From: Hyphochytrium catenoides
Taxonomy: Eukaryota; Protista; Hyphochytriomycota
Direction: 5' to 3'
DNA length: 47,461 bases
Assembly: GCA_900088475.1 (NCBI GenBank)
Contig: FLMG01003843.1
Span: 1 to 47,461, forward strand
Below the pieces are notes generated by a model. That model searched no databases and was not told where the DNA came from. It saw only the letters and a program-made list of their open reading frames with translations. Position 1 is the stretch's first letter, and the number at the start of each line of letters is the position of its first letter. Made by a program: the position numbers and the translations under genes. Below are positions 22,891 through 33,436 of the stretch, piece by piece.

Positions 22891-24919
22891 ATGGAAGGAT
22901 TCCCATCGATCGAAGGTTTTCCCTTGTTTGACAAGGTGCTGCATCTCAAGAGCTCCATGGAGCGAAGTTTGGGAATGCCGCCGCTTTACCTCGTAGGCAC
23001 GGCACTACTTACAGCGGTACTCTCAGCAATCCTCATCCGCCATATTGTGGAGCCGCTTATCCGACGTAAGCACCACCTTCTCATTGACTGGGTCAAGCCC
23101 TTATCCATTGAACATCGCCTCTAATCCTAACTCTCACATTTCACGTTTGGTATCTCATTCAGTCGCCTTCCTTACTCATGGTCCACGTGTACATCTATGG
23201 TGCTCGATTACCTTAGGCCCCTGCACCCTTCAGCTGAACTACACCGATTCTTCAGACTTTGACCTTCTAACTTCACCTGTCGCGCTCTTATTCTTCAAGT
23301 TCGTGGCCGCATGGTCATCAAGAAGATGCTTGAAGATGCGAACATTGTTGTGGGCAAGGACATCGTTGTCCATGACGAACGGATGTGGTTTGACTGGGTT
23401 ATGAACGGGATGCTTGGCATCGGCGAATCTTACATGGCAGGACAATGGGAAGCCGTCACTCCTCTGGATGAGGTGTTGACGCGACTGCTATCAATGCCTG
23501 CTTCTCAGAAGAGAAAGCTCTTCAAGTCTTGGAACGCACGATTTGCCCACCTGGCAGGTCGCATTTTCAACTATCAGTCCACAGCAAGGGCCGGGATTGT
23601 TGGCGCTCACCATTATGACATTGGAAACGACTTCTACTCCCTGTGGCTTGGCCGCCAGCTGCAGTACAGGTTCACCATCAGCTAATGCTTTTCTTTGATG
23701 TCTCACTACATGTTACTTTGTTTGTTGCTGTTGGTATCTTGGCAATGGTGTCTTGATTGGCTTCACCGTTTATCCTTGACCCCGATCCTCCCTACCCCTC
23801 GCATCAACGCGACTACACCTAAACATATCTCCTAGCATCACACTTATGCCTTGCTCCCTACTGTCAGCTGCGCGTATTGGAAGGGTGCACGAACGCTAGA
23901 AGAGGCCCAAGACAATAAACTCAAGCTTATTGGCGATAAACTGAAGCTGCAAAGGGGTATGACGGTCCTAGAGATTGGCTGCGGCTGGGGAGGCCTGGCC
24001 GTCTTCCTGGCAAAGCACTATGGAGTCCACGTCACGGGAATAACCATCTCTAGGGAGCAGCTGAAGGGTGCGGCCGACTATGCTGCCGCCCATGGAGTCT
24101 CTCATTTGACCAGCTTTGAGTATCAGGTGAGCATTGTGCTTAGATCTGTATAGGACAATTAGCCTATCCGCACTACCCGCCGGCCTACTGTTGCCATCGG
24201 GTTCTGGTTTAGTCCCACCCTTTGTCTTCCGTAGTCTCGATACTCTTTAGATGGCATACAGTGGCATTATTAACTGCTCGATCATGTTTCTGCCCCGCGT
24301 CTTGTTCCTCTTTTCAGGATTACCGTTCCATGACGGGCCAATTCGATCGTGTTGTGTCTATTGCTATGCTCGAAGCGGTGGGTTACAAAAATATGGACGA
24401 GTACTATCAGGTCATCAGGCGTTGCCTGAAAGACGGCGGAATCGCGATGGTGCACTCGATCGGATCCAATAGGAGCACAAAGACCGCGCACCAACGATGG
24501 ATTACCAAGTATATTTTCCCTAATGGCTTTCTGCCCTCTAGCAAGCAGGTACCTTAGCCCTGCTCAAATGGTCCCTTGCCTCTCCCAACCTAACTTTGTA
24601 TGCTATGGGCTTGTGACTCTCTCTGGATCAATGATATTCTTTTGCCACTCCTTAGATGTGTGAGTTTGCCGAAAAGAAGTTGGTAGTCGAGGATGTGCAG
24701 AATCTGGGTCCGGACTATGACAAGACCTTGATGGCATGGAACGAAGGCTTCCAGAAGGCCTGGAAGGAAGGCAAGGTGGACAAGGATATCGTGTTCAAGA
24801 GGATGTGGGAGTTCTACCTTCTCTACTGTGCTGCTGGGTTCCGCTCGAGAAACATCCAGCTGTTCCAGTTCGTTTACTCTAAGTTCCGTTATGAGCGCTA
24901 CGATGCACCACGGAATTGA
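22891..24919 (+). CDS. cfa: Cyclopropane-fatty-acyl-phospholipid synthase (bacterial Cfa type), 5 exons
   Basis: Motifs: DIVVHDER..GMLGIGESYMAGQW, NYQS..RA..VGAHHYDIGNDFY, CAYWKGARTLEEAQDNKL, VLEIGCGWGG (SAM motif), DYR..GQFDRVVSIAMLEAVGYKN, WITKYIFPNGFLPS, VVEDVQNLGPDYDKTLMAW, RMWEFYLLYCAAGFRSRNIQLFQ. Confidence 0.95.
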
Positions 24920-25160
24920 TGGGTGAAGCAGTATCGTCCCAGACCAGGAAGCTTATAGCAGAGAAAGGGGGTTAACGTGTAAGAGTAGCGAAGGAGAGTT
25001 CCATGCGAGGACTCCTTGGATGAAGGATAAATTTTATCAGAAAATGGTTGGTGGTATCCTCCCTAGGAAAGGCTTTAGCAGCCAATATTTGCATTTAAAC
25101 ATTAGGTTTGCATTGTGGGACCCATGAAGTTCCACAGGCTGCTCCGCTTTAAAACGCCCT

Positions 25161-27450
25161 TTAGAGCCTATGCAATTGCATCTTCTCGGAACCTTCTGTA
25201 GTTAGTCTGGATGGCTTCTTTCTGATAGTGTTTGGCTGTCCTGTCACACTGAGCACTCTTTCATAGGTTCTGGGGGATGAAAGCATGGTCAACTATCTGA
25301 TGGAGAGACAGATACACTTGACTCTGGAAGACAGAAGGAGGAGACTTTTTCTTGACAGACACGAAGGTGCTGTCAAACATTTGGGCTACTAAATCTTTCA
25401 ATCATCTTAGTAGAAGAGAAATGCAAGCGAACTTCGTAGAGGCCAAACGGCCAAGGGATAACGTATCGGCGAACAGAAGAGTGGGGCCAGTCCTTACCGT
25501 CCATTGATATCCACCGGTGCTGGCGAGTACCTTAGAAGCGTGGTACAAGGGATATAAACCGAGGTATTGTTTACGCTGCCAACCGAGAAACCGGTGTAAC
25601 CTGCCATGGCCCCGTGCACTACGCTATAGGCCAGATCCAGACAATATAGTGAGTCAAAGGCGTTGGCGGGCACTGATCGAATCTTGTAGGATGGTTCAAT
25701 GAACTTAATCGTGGCCGTCTCGCCAAAGGATTTGAAGTACTCTTCAATCCTGTGTTTCACTAAGATGCCAACCTTGGCTTTCTCTTGCTTGTTGGCTACA
25801 AAGGCAGCAGCTCAGAGTCAAGAACTCCAGAGCAATGACCAGCACATATTCGATAGACATACCTCGTGCTGCGGGATTATCTTGGATGCTTTCCAAGAGA
25901 TCTCTACCCCCAGCACCCCTTGCCACCACGATGACGGCGTGTCCCTTCTTTTCCATGACTTTTTTGAGATGTGGCAGACAGCCATATGCCCCTTCCCACT
26001 CAATGGGGGCCTCTGGAATGAGGCACAGGTCAACGTCTCCACTTGAGAGAACGGCATGAGCAGCAATGAAACCAGCCTCTTTCCCCATCAAGTGCACGAT
26101 GCCCATGCCATTGGGTTTGTTACAAGAAGCCTGCATTGAGGGGCAGTCAGCGGCAAGCCAGGTCAAAGGATACCAAGAGACATACATGATGGAGAGATAG
26201 ATGACGTGACGACTAGCTGAGAAAAAAACAACCATAACCACGAAGGATTGTTCGCAAAGAAGGCATGGTAGAATGTATGGGTCCATGGTGGAGAGAGGGA
26301 TAGACGATGACCAGATTATCATGGAAGTGTCAGAGGGGCTAGAACGAACCTCAGCCTTGGCAGACGCAATGGCACGGCAAGCCTCTTGCACGGCGGTGTC
26401 GTGTCCGAAGGAGCGGTCCAGCAGTCCGAAGTCATCGCTGATAGACTTTGGCACGCACGCAACAGTCAAGACCAATTTTCTTTCCTTTATCTTCTGGCAG
26501 AGCTCCACAGCCACCTGGAAGTACAAAGAACCGTCATAATCTTTGCTGGTTTTCAGCATTTACACAAAAGAAGGAGGTACGTTATGAGAGTTGATGCCTC
26601 CGAGGATGTAGAGCTGGGAGACGTTGAAGTGCTTAAGCCAGTCGAGGATTTCCTCAGTGTCTACTGGTCCTTCCTCCTTCATCTTGGATGACCCGATGTA
26701 GGAGCCACCCTGATGGTGAATGTCTCGCAGGTTCTTTGAAAGGAAGGGGCAGGGGAGGCGGCGGGTTCATTTACGTTGTAGATGGTGCAAACACGGCTGA
26801 AAGCAAGCGACTCACCTCGGTACGAAGCTCTATGGGGCCCAGTGGATGTGCAGGGTCGCGATGTGCAAAACCTAGAAAGCCACCTCTGAAATATATGTAG
26901 ATAGTGTAGGTTAGCAAGGGATCCAAGGATTATGCGCCATTGATGAGATCTTACCTGACACCATATACCTTTGAGACACCATACAAGTGAACAAGAGACT
27001 GGGTTATGCCCCGGATGACAGTGTTGATGCCTGGACACAGCTGTCCTGAGCAAACAACTGCCGCATTCAGAGGCTTCATCTTAGGGTCGAAGTAGATCTG
27101 TGTGCGTGGTCCCGCCGCGAGAAAGGAGCGGGCCCAAAGCTTTCCGGAGTCAGCGTTCCGTTGGCCATCCAGTATGACGTAATCATCCTCTCCTGCCGGT
27201 CTATTGTATCCAAAGTCGCGTACTTTGGCAATAACGGAGTGTACCTCTTGATATCTGATATTTTCTGCCTGTGTAGGTCGTTAGCGAACTAGCTGATCGC
27301 CTGATAACAACTGGGGAATACCTTAGCATCCTGCTCCGGTGCCCATTCTTTGAGGGAGGCAACTCTGTAGCGGTAGATTTTGGAGATTTTCTCACCCTCC
27401 AACTGATGCAGACCTTCGTCCAGATTCACGTCCAACCTACTGGTCGGCAT
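25161..27450 (-). CDS. 6-phosphofructokinase homolog (plant/kinetoplastid-like group X) with degenerate catalytic motifs
   Basis: Spliced: FLAAGPRTQIYFDP..AAVVCSGQLCPGINTVIRGI, IHHQGGSYIGSS, QLYILGGINSHN, VACVPKSISDDFGLLDRSFGHDTAVQEA, NGMGIVHLMGKEAGFIA, VDLCLIPE, GHAVIVVARGAG, IKFIEPSYKIRSVPANAFD, VHGAMAGYTGF, RTYERVLSVTGQP. Confidence 0.9.
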
Positions 27451-27748
27451 TGTGCGGAGTGACGGCTGTTTGCGCAGGTCGTAAGGTAAGCGCTTTCTAA
27501 ACGATTGAGAGCTCTAGAGCGATCAAAGAGACAGAGCGAACGCAGCGCCAGGTTGGCTGAGTTCACGTCAACAGATGGAATCTAAGGAATGAACGATGGC
27601 TTCACAGCGCTGCAAGACACCGAGTGGTCTTATCAGCCGTGAGCTCTCGATTTTCTGAGACCTTCTCAAGAGACAATCCTCTGCATGTCTGCGGGTGCAA
27701 AGACAGACGCCCGATGGTTCATCGGCTGTCATCTGTCATCATGACCGT

Positions 27749-27769
27749 TCTCTCTCCTCTCTCTCCCTG

Positions 27770-27802
<33 letters not shown>

Positions 27803-27830
27803 GTCTCTCTCTCTCGCGCGCGCGCGCGCG
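27749..27830. repeat. Compound microsatellite: imperfect (CT)n followed by (CG)8
   Basis: A ctctct... tract runs to 27814, followed by cgcgcgcgcgcgcgcg at 27815-27830. Confidence 0.95.
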
Positions 27831-28414
27831 TCAAACAGAAATCCTCCTCTCTGCTTTGGGCATGTCGTTCTGACAGGCGAAATCTTCACGCTCTTCGCTC
27901 TTAGTCACCATCATCCCTGATAAGGGGTCAACAGGTGGAGGTTATATAGAATGAGAATGCGCTTGTGCGGGTCGGTAACGGCTATCTCGCCCCTCTGATC
28001 TGATGAGATAACACGTAGGAAGAGCTTCAGAAGCTGAATCAAAGATTCAAGAGACAAGATCCAGCTCGGATCAAGGCTTCGACTCTCTTTGTGTAGAGGG
28101 TTCCTGAGCTCTCCCATCTATTGAACCGATCATCCTCGCTCAAACTCTATAAGATAGAGACTGCTGGACGTTATCTTTGATGAGAGACTGAGAATAACAT
28201 CGGCGGCTTGGGAAGGACAGATAAACATCCCCCAGTCGACATGAGCGCCGTGGAGAGATGACTGGACGAATGATGTGCCACAAGCTCTTACGCATTGTCT
28301 AGGCCAGTGTCCATATTGCAGATCTAGGCAATAAGGGCACCGCCACTTCTCAATGGCATCTTACTTCCTCAAACCCGGTTTCCAGGCTTCCAGTTCCCAA
28401 GAGTTTTAGATACG

Positions 28415-31283
28415 ATGGAGGTTTTAGTTTACAACGTGTCTCACAGTGATTTAATAGTCTCCTTGGCAGCTGAAGAGGATCAGCAGCGAGACGGTCCACA
28501 GCGGGAAGGCCTAGATGCCACCAGTTCCACCTCTACAGGTCCGTCTGCTCTTCTCTATGGCCCAGGTCACACTGGTCTCGTGAACCTTAGTAACACATAT
28601 ACTCCTTGGATCAGGGACTCGAGGATCCATCAATGAAGTTCTAAGCCATGAGATCCTTGCCAAGCCCAAATTTAGCTGCTTTCAACCCACTAGCGAGCGC
28701 ATTTTGGATGCGTTAGAGAGCCTATTGCTTAACGATGGTGTGAAGGAGGCTCTGGTCCCGGAATACTCGAGAGACTTTACAAGGCCCAACCTCAATCTAG
28801 TGCTAGCTTGCAGGACCTCCGGGATACCTGTGGGGTATGGGGCGTGTAGCCTGACATCTTCCCAGTGCCTTCACTTTGCTTACAACCTGTCCTGGCTACG
28901 TTTATAGCTTTCGACTAGATGCTAAACCTATTCCAGTACAGAGTGTGCACAACTTTCGGGTTCGCGGAGGATTTGAGGTGCGTGCGCTGGGGGGTGAAGA
29001 GAGCTCCAAAGCTAGTCTTGCTCATTCGTCCCGCAGACTCTTAAGCGTTTAGACGGCAGAAAGCTGGTAATCACAGGTGTTTACTTCCCCCTACTTTCTA
29101 TGCTGCTCCCAAAATGGACACAGATTCTGCATGAGGCAGGATCCTCGGGTAAGTTGAGTGTCTTGCCGCCCAGGTGACGGGACTATAGCTTTCTCTTCTC
29201 CTAACCATCCGTTGTCAGCAAGCAAGCGGGTTATATACCTCATAAGTGGCGCTGGGATACCTCGAAATCCCGAGCACTCTATGTACGACAACTCCACCAT
29301 TGGCACTGCTAAGATTATGCAGCACTTCATAGAGCTTTACCACCCAGGGGCTCGACCAATCCACCTCCACAGCGGATCGAATATCTTCACGTGAGCCTGA
29401 AAAACTCTTGTTGATGATCTAGTATGTCAACACCGGCTAAAATAGGCTCCTTGCTGCTCGATTGTATCGGTAGCTTTGATGATAATGTCCACTTTGTCAA
29501 CAACTCGCTTAGAGCGGCTCTGGAGCGGCAACGAGCGGAGATTGCGGATAACTGTGAGGGGGACTGGATCAACAGGTGAGTAGGGCTTCGACACGGGGTT
29601 GCCGGTGCTCTTTGAAAAGGGTTAAGCTCGTCTCCTTATTGCTACTTGCCATCCTATTTGCCCCTTTCGTTGTCGTGTCAAATGTTCCTTGCGGCACAAG
29701 TCCTGCGGCGGCTTCACGTAATGTTATTCTACTCCTGGGAAGGAATAGAACTTATTACCTCTCTCTGTCACCTCCTGAGTTCTCCGGCCTACTGGTGGTA
29801 CCTATGGCATCATTCCGCGGTACTTAACATGGCCCTCTGTTTCTCTTGTGCTTAGGTTTCATGTAACCATTGCAATTGGTGACGGGGCTCCCGCTCGTCT
29901 GGTGGCGATTAATGCCAGCCTTCGACACTATTGCCCATCTTATCTCCATATCTGGCAGGTAAGTTTATCAGAGTTGGCCACTTAATGGAAAAAGCCTCTG
30001 GACTAGTAAACCATTGGTGGCCAAGCCTACGGCCCCATGCCATGGTTGCCTAGCGATGTTCTATTCTTACCTCTACTCTACTCCGCCCTCTATTGTGAGG
30101 AACCCAGTTCCGCCTTATTGTCTATTTGGCCTAGCTATTGTTTAGTTTCCCGGCAATCATTGATCTGACGACACGATGCACAGCTCAAAACCTTCTGGCA
30201 CGAGCAGAAGATATCAATGGAGGACATTGAGTTTCATAATTTTGCTAGCATTGAGTCATCTCCTGCCATGGAGGTCCATAAACTGGACGATATGGCTAGG
30301 ATGGTTGTGGCTGAAGTTATCCGACGGCGGGACCTGTTTCAGGACTCATTGAAGAACGGAAACGAGCTGGCAGAGTTCTGGCTCCGGAAGAGCAAAAAAC
30401 CTGTTATTGCGGTGCTCGCTGTGCAGAAAGACCCACATGAGGAGCCCAAACTCTATTGTGGGACCAATCTGGAGGTCTCTATGCCCACTGGTAAGCTGAA
30501 AAGGCAGGTGGTGTTGGTGCCTCTTAAACTAGATGCTATGAGGTATAAGTTCGACATCTAGACGTCAAAAGGGACATCGAGGGACAATTGGGGATGGTCC
30601 AAAAGGAGTCTGAAAGGAGTCTGACACACCGTCACCCAATCAAATTGCACCTCGTAAGGATCGCTATGTGCGGAGAGAAACGTCATTGGTAACGCGCTAG
30701 CCAACGACCTAACCCTCCGAAGACGTGACCTGAAGATGGTGGCAGTAATGAGCTTAGCGATGCCCAGTAAGCCACTTCCTATGGCAAGGTCCTCTGCCCC
30801 TCCGAAGTTGGTAGACGCCAAAGATATGCCTCCCCCTACGGCGGCTATCATACACAGGACCACGACCACCCAAGGGGGAATGGAAGCTCCTGAGATGCTA
30901 CGGTTCATAGAAAGGAAGCTCGCAGAGCCACGTCCCACGAAGATTGTTATTGACACTGCCAGCACTCCAGGTCTGGTTATTGCCTCCTATCTGTAAGGCT
31001 TCTCTGGGTTGACTCAGGTCCCTCTGTTTTCCTTCCCCCAGACTACGGCTCTTCGGCTCCATCCTCGCCAGGCTCAGCAGCACAAAGACAAAAGAAAAAG
31101 CGCCCTCGGACATACAGTGTTGACGAGAAAGTTCTGGTAGAAGAGGGAGATAGGAACCCATTGCCTCCATGTGGCGCGTGCAAGGAATGGTTGAAGAAGA
31201 TTGCGGAGGTGAATCCTACTTTTAGAGTACTCACATTCACCGATATGCAATGTAGTGGAGTGTACGTTAATTTAGTTCTTTAG
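28415..31283 (+). CDS. CDA/CDD-fold zinc deaminase with large N-terminal alpha/beta domain (resembles the LmjF36.5940-like protist deaminase family), about 10 exons
   Basis: The C-terminal part reads EFWLRKSKKPVIAVLAV..GTNLEVSMPT|GSLCAERNVIGNAL...NPLPPCGACKEWLKKIAEVNPTFRVLTF, giving an intact CAE and PCxxC zinc site. Upstream exons splice in frame from MEVLVYNVSHSDL. The family name comes from recall, not from a search. Confidence 0.85.
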
Positions 31284-31380
31284 GTCGAACCCTGCATAAC
31301 TAGCTATATTATATAAAGGTCTACGACGACTCAGCTCACCTCCTAGAGGCTCTGTGCCATCTATTCCTTGTGCTGCTGGT

Positions 31381-32706
31381 CTACCTACAGTCGCTGTCAA
31401 GCATTGCGACTGGAACTGAGGGGCGACGACAGCCTGGGTACTTCGTTTCCGGTACCTCCACTTGGATGGTGGTGTGGCTTAATCCATGCTGCTTAAGGTA
31501 AGTCTGGGCTTCCACCAAACAAGTATCGGGATCATTGCTAACCAAGTGCACGCTGAGGGAAGCTTTGCCCACTGTCAGAGACCAGACGTGCATATGATGT
31601 AGGTCAATTACGCTAGGTAGTGCTCTTAGACCTTCCTTGAGCTCTTCTGGATCCAAACCTTCCGGAACCCCTTCCATCAGCACATGAACACTGCGTCTCA
31701 CGATATCGATAGTTGAAAATAGCACCAGAACGGAAAAGAGGAACGTAGCTATGGGGTCAGCCAGCTGCCACCGTGGATTATACCAGATAAGCCCGCCTGC
31801 GACACAGACACCCACGCTTTGAATCAGATCCCCAAGTGCGTGGATGTACGCAGCTTCTACATTCAGGTTCTTAGCTCTTTTCTTAGCCTGACCGGGGTTA
31901 GAGGTCTCTTTAAGGTGGGCTGAGCCTTTTTCCTCATCTTCCTCATCACTGCTATGGTCGTGAGAATGATCGTGAGAATGACCATCGTGATGTGAGCCAT
32001 GCGAATGCTCATTTCCTAGTCCTTCCCTCTTCTTGCTATCATTTTTGCCGTGGGAATGGGCGTGGCTTCCATGAGAATGACCATGATCGCCACCCGGGCC
32101 ATGACTGTGACCATGGCCCAGAATGCCCATAAGAATGAGGTTGATGAGAAGCCCTAATGCCGCTACGAAGAACATCAACCTTCCATCGACATGCTCCTTA
32201 GGGTTGTCGGAGAGAATATCTGCGGTTCGTAGGACTGCTTCATAGAACAATACGCCTGTCATTAGCCAGATAACCTAAGCATGTAAAGCAGGGCAATGTA
32301 AGAGTCAGGGTGGAAGAAGAGGTTGATTTCCAGCTTGTTTATGCGATATTCTTACCAAGACGCTAATAAGCGCTCCTAAAATCTCAGCCCTGTGAAACCC
32401 GAAAGAGAGCTTGGAAGTAGCAGGCAAACTGGTCATCCATATAGCAAAAATACTGATCAGAAAGCCCGCCACGTCCGAAAGTAGATGCGCGGCATCAGTC
32501 ATGACCGCAAGACTGTTAGCGAGATAACCGCCAACAATCTCAGCTATCATGAAGACACAGCTAAAGATAGTGGCTTTCAGGAGCCTGTTTCTAGCCATTC
32601 GGGACTCTTCTGATAGCTTGAAGCGCTTTCCAGAGCCATCCTTGGTGCGAAGCAATGGAGATTGCTCTGTAAACCCATGGCAAGCCTCTTTTGTATCTAC
32701 CGCCAT
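31381..32706 (-). CDS. Cation diffusion facilitator zinc transporter (ZnT/MTP1-like), 2 exons
   Basis: Motifs: FMIAEIVGGYLANSLAVMTDAAHLLSD, SFGFHRAEILGAL, a His-rich cytosolic loop, NLNVEAAYIHALGDLIQSVGV, ADPIATF, HHMHVWSLT, HTTIQVE. Confidence 0.95.
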
Positions 32707-32727
32707 TGCTTGTTATGTTATAGGCCT

Positions 32728-32878
32728 TCGCGCTGACGTGGGTTCCTTCAAAGGCCGGTAATGTCGCTTGCGCTGAATGAGAAGTGCCAATCGGCCCGGT
32801 GTCGCGCTGACGTGGGTTCCTTCAAAGGCCGGTAATGTTGCCTCCGCTGAACGAGAAGTGCCAATCGGCCCGGTGTCG
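32728..32878. repeat. 74-bp tandem duplication immediately upstream of the zinc transporter ATG
   Basis: Units 32728-32801 and 32802-32875 differ at 4 positions. Confidence 0.95.
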
Positions 32879-33436
32879 GCGCTGCAGAGTCCGCAACCTT
32901 GACGCACCGGCGATGAAGGGAATTTTGATGGTTCCAATAAGGCGTGGTCTGTTCATCATTGGCGGCACCTGGGCTGCTCTCAACTCTCAACCCTGAGGGC
33001 CACATCTCTCTCAAGGTATCTGTCTCGCTCCCTGTCACTTCGTATGGCTGTGCCCTCGACAGCTATCATCCACTCTTCCTATCCAGAGATCTTGAAAGCT
33101 CGAGAGTTGCGGGAACGTGTGGGGGAATGAAGTCCTGGAGGATCTCTGAGGATATTGGCGGGTACCGGTTATCCAAGATCTGTTGAAGTTTCAATAATCT
33201 TCATCAAAACCTCCGCTTGTTCTTGAGCCAGATGGCGGCTGTGATGAGATGTCGAACTCCTCCTGGTCGCATTCAGTCACCGTTGTGAGATGAACTAAAA
33301 CCTTGTCTCTAGGTCATCAACCTACCACCTAACAATAGCTTTAAAGCTTCCGTACCTTAGTTTTATAGGTATTACCAAGTGGAACTAGGATCTTTATTAG
33401 TGGTAGTAGCTTCGAAGAAGAAGGATTTCGATCACG

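Noticed and set aside
22341-22931. 196-aa ORF upstream of cfa
   Set aside because: It has a non-ATG start and no recognisable domain, and it overlaps the cfa start in another frame. It is probably promoter or 5' UTR.
32713-33038. ORFs spanning the 74-bp duplication as an N-terminal extension of the zinc transporter, or the repeat as a CRISPR-like array
   Set aside because: The ORFs are out of frame with the transporter ATG with either one or two units. There are only two adjacent units, no spacers and no cas genes.
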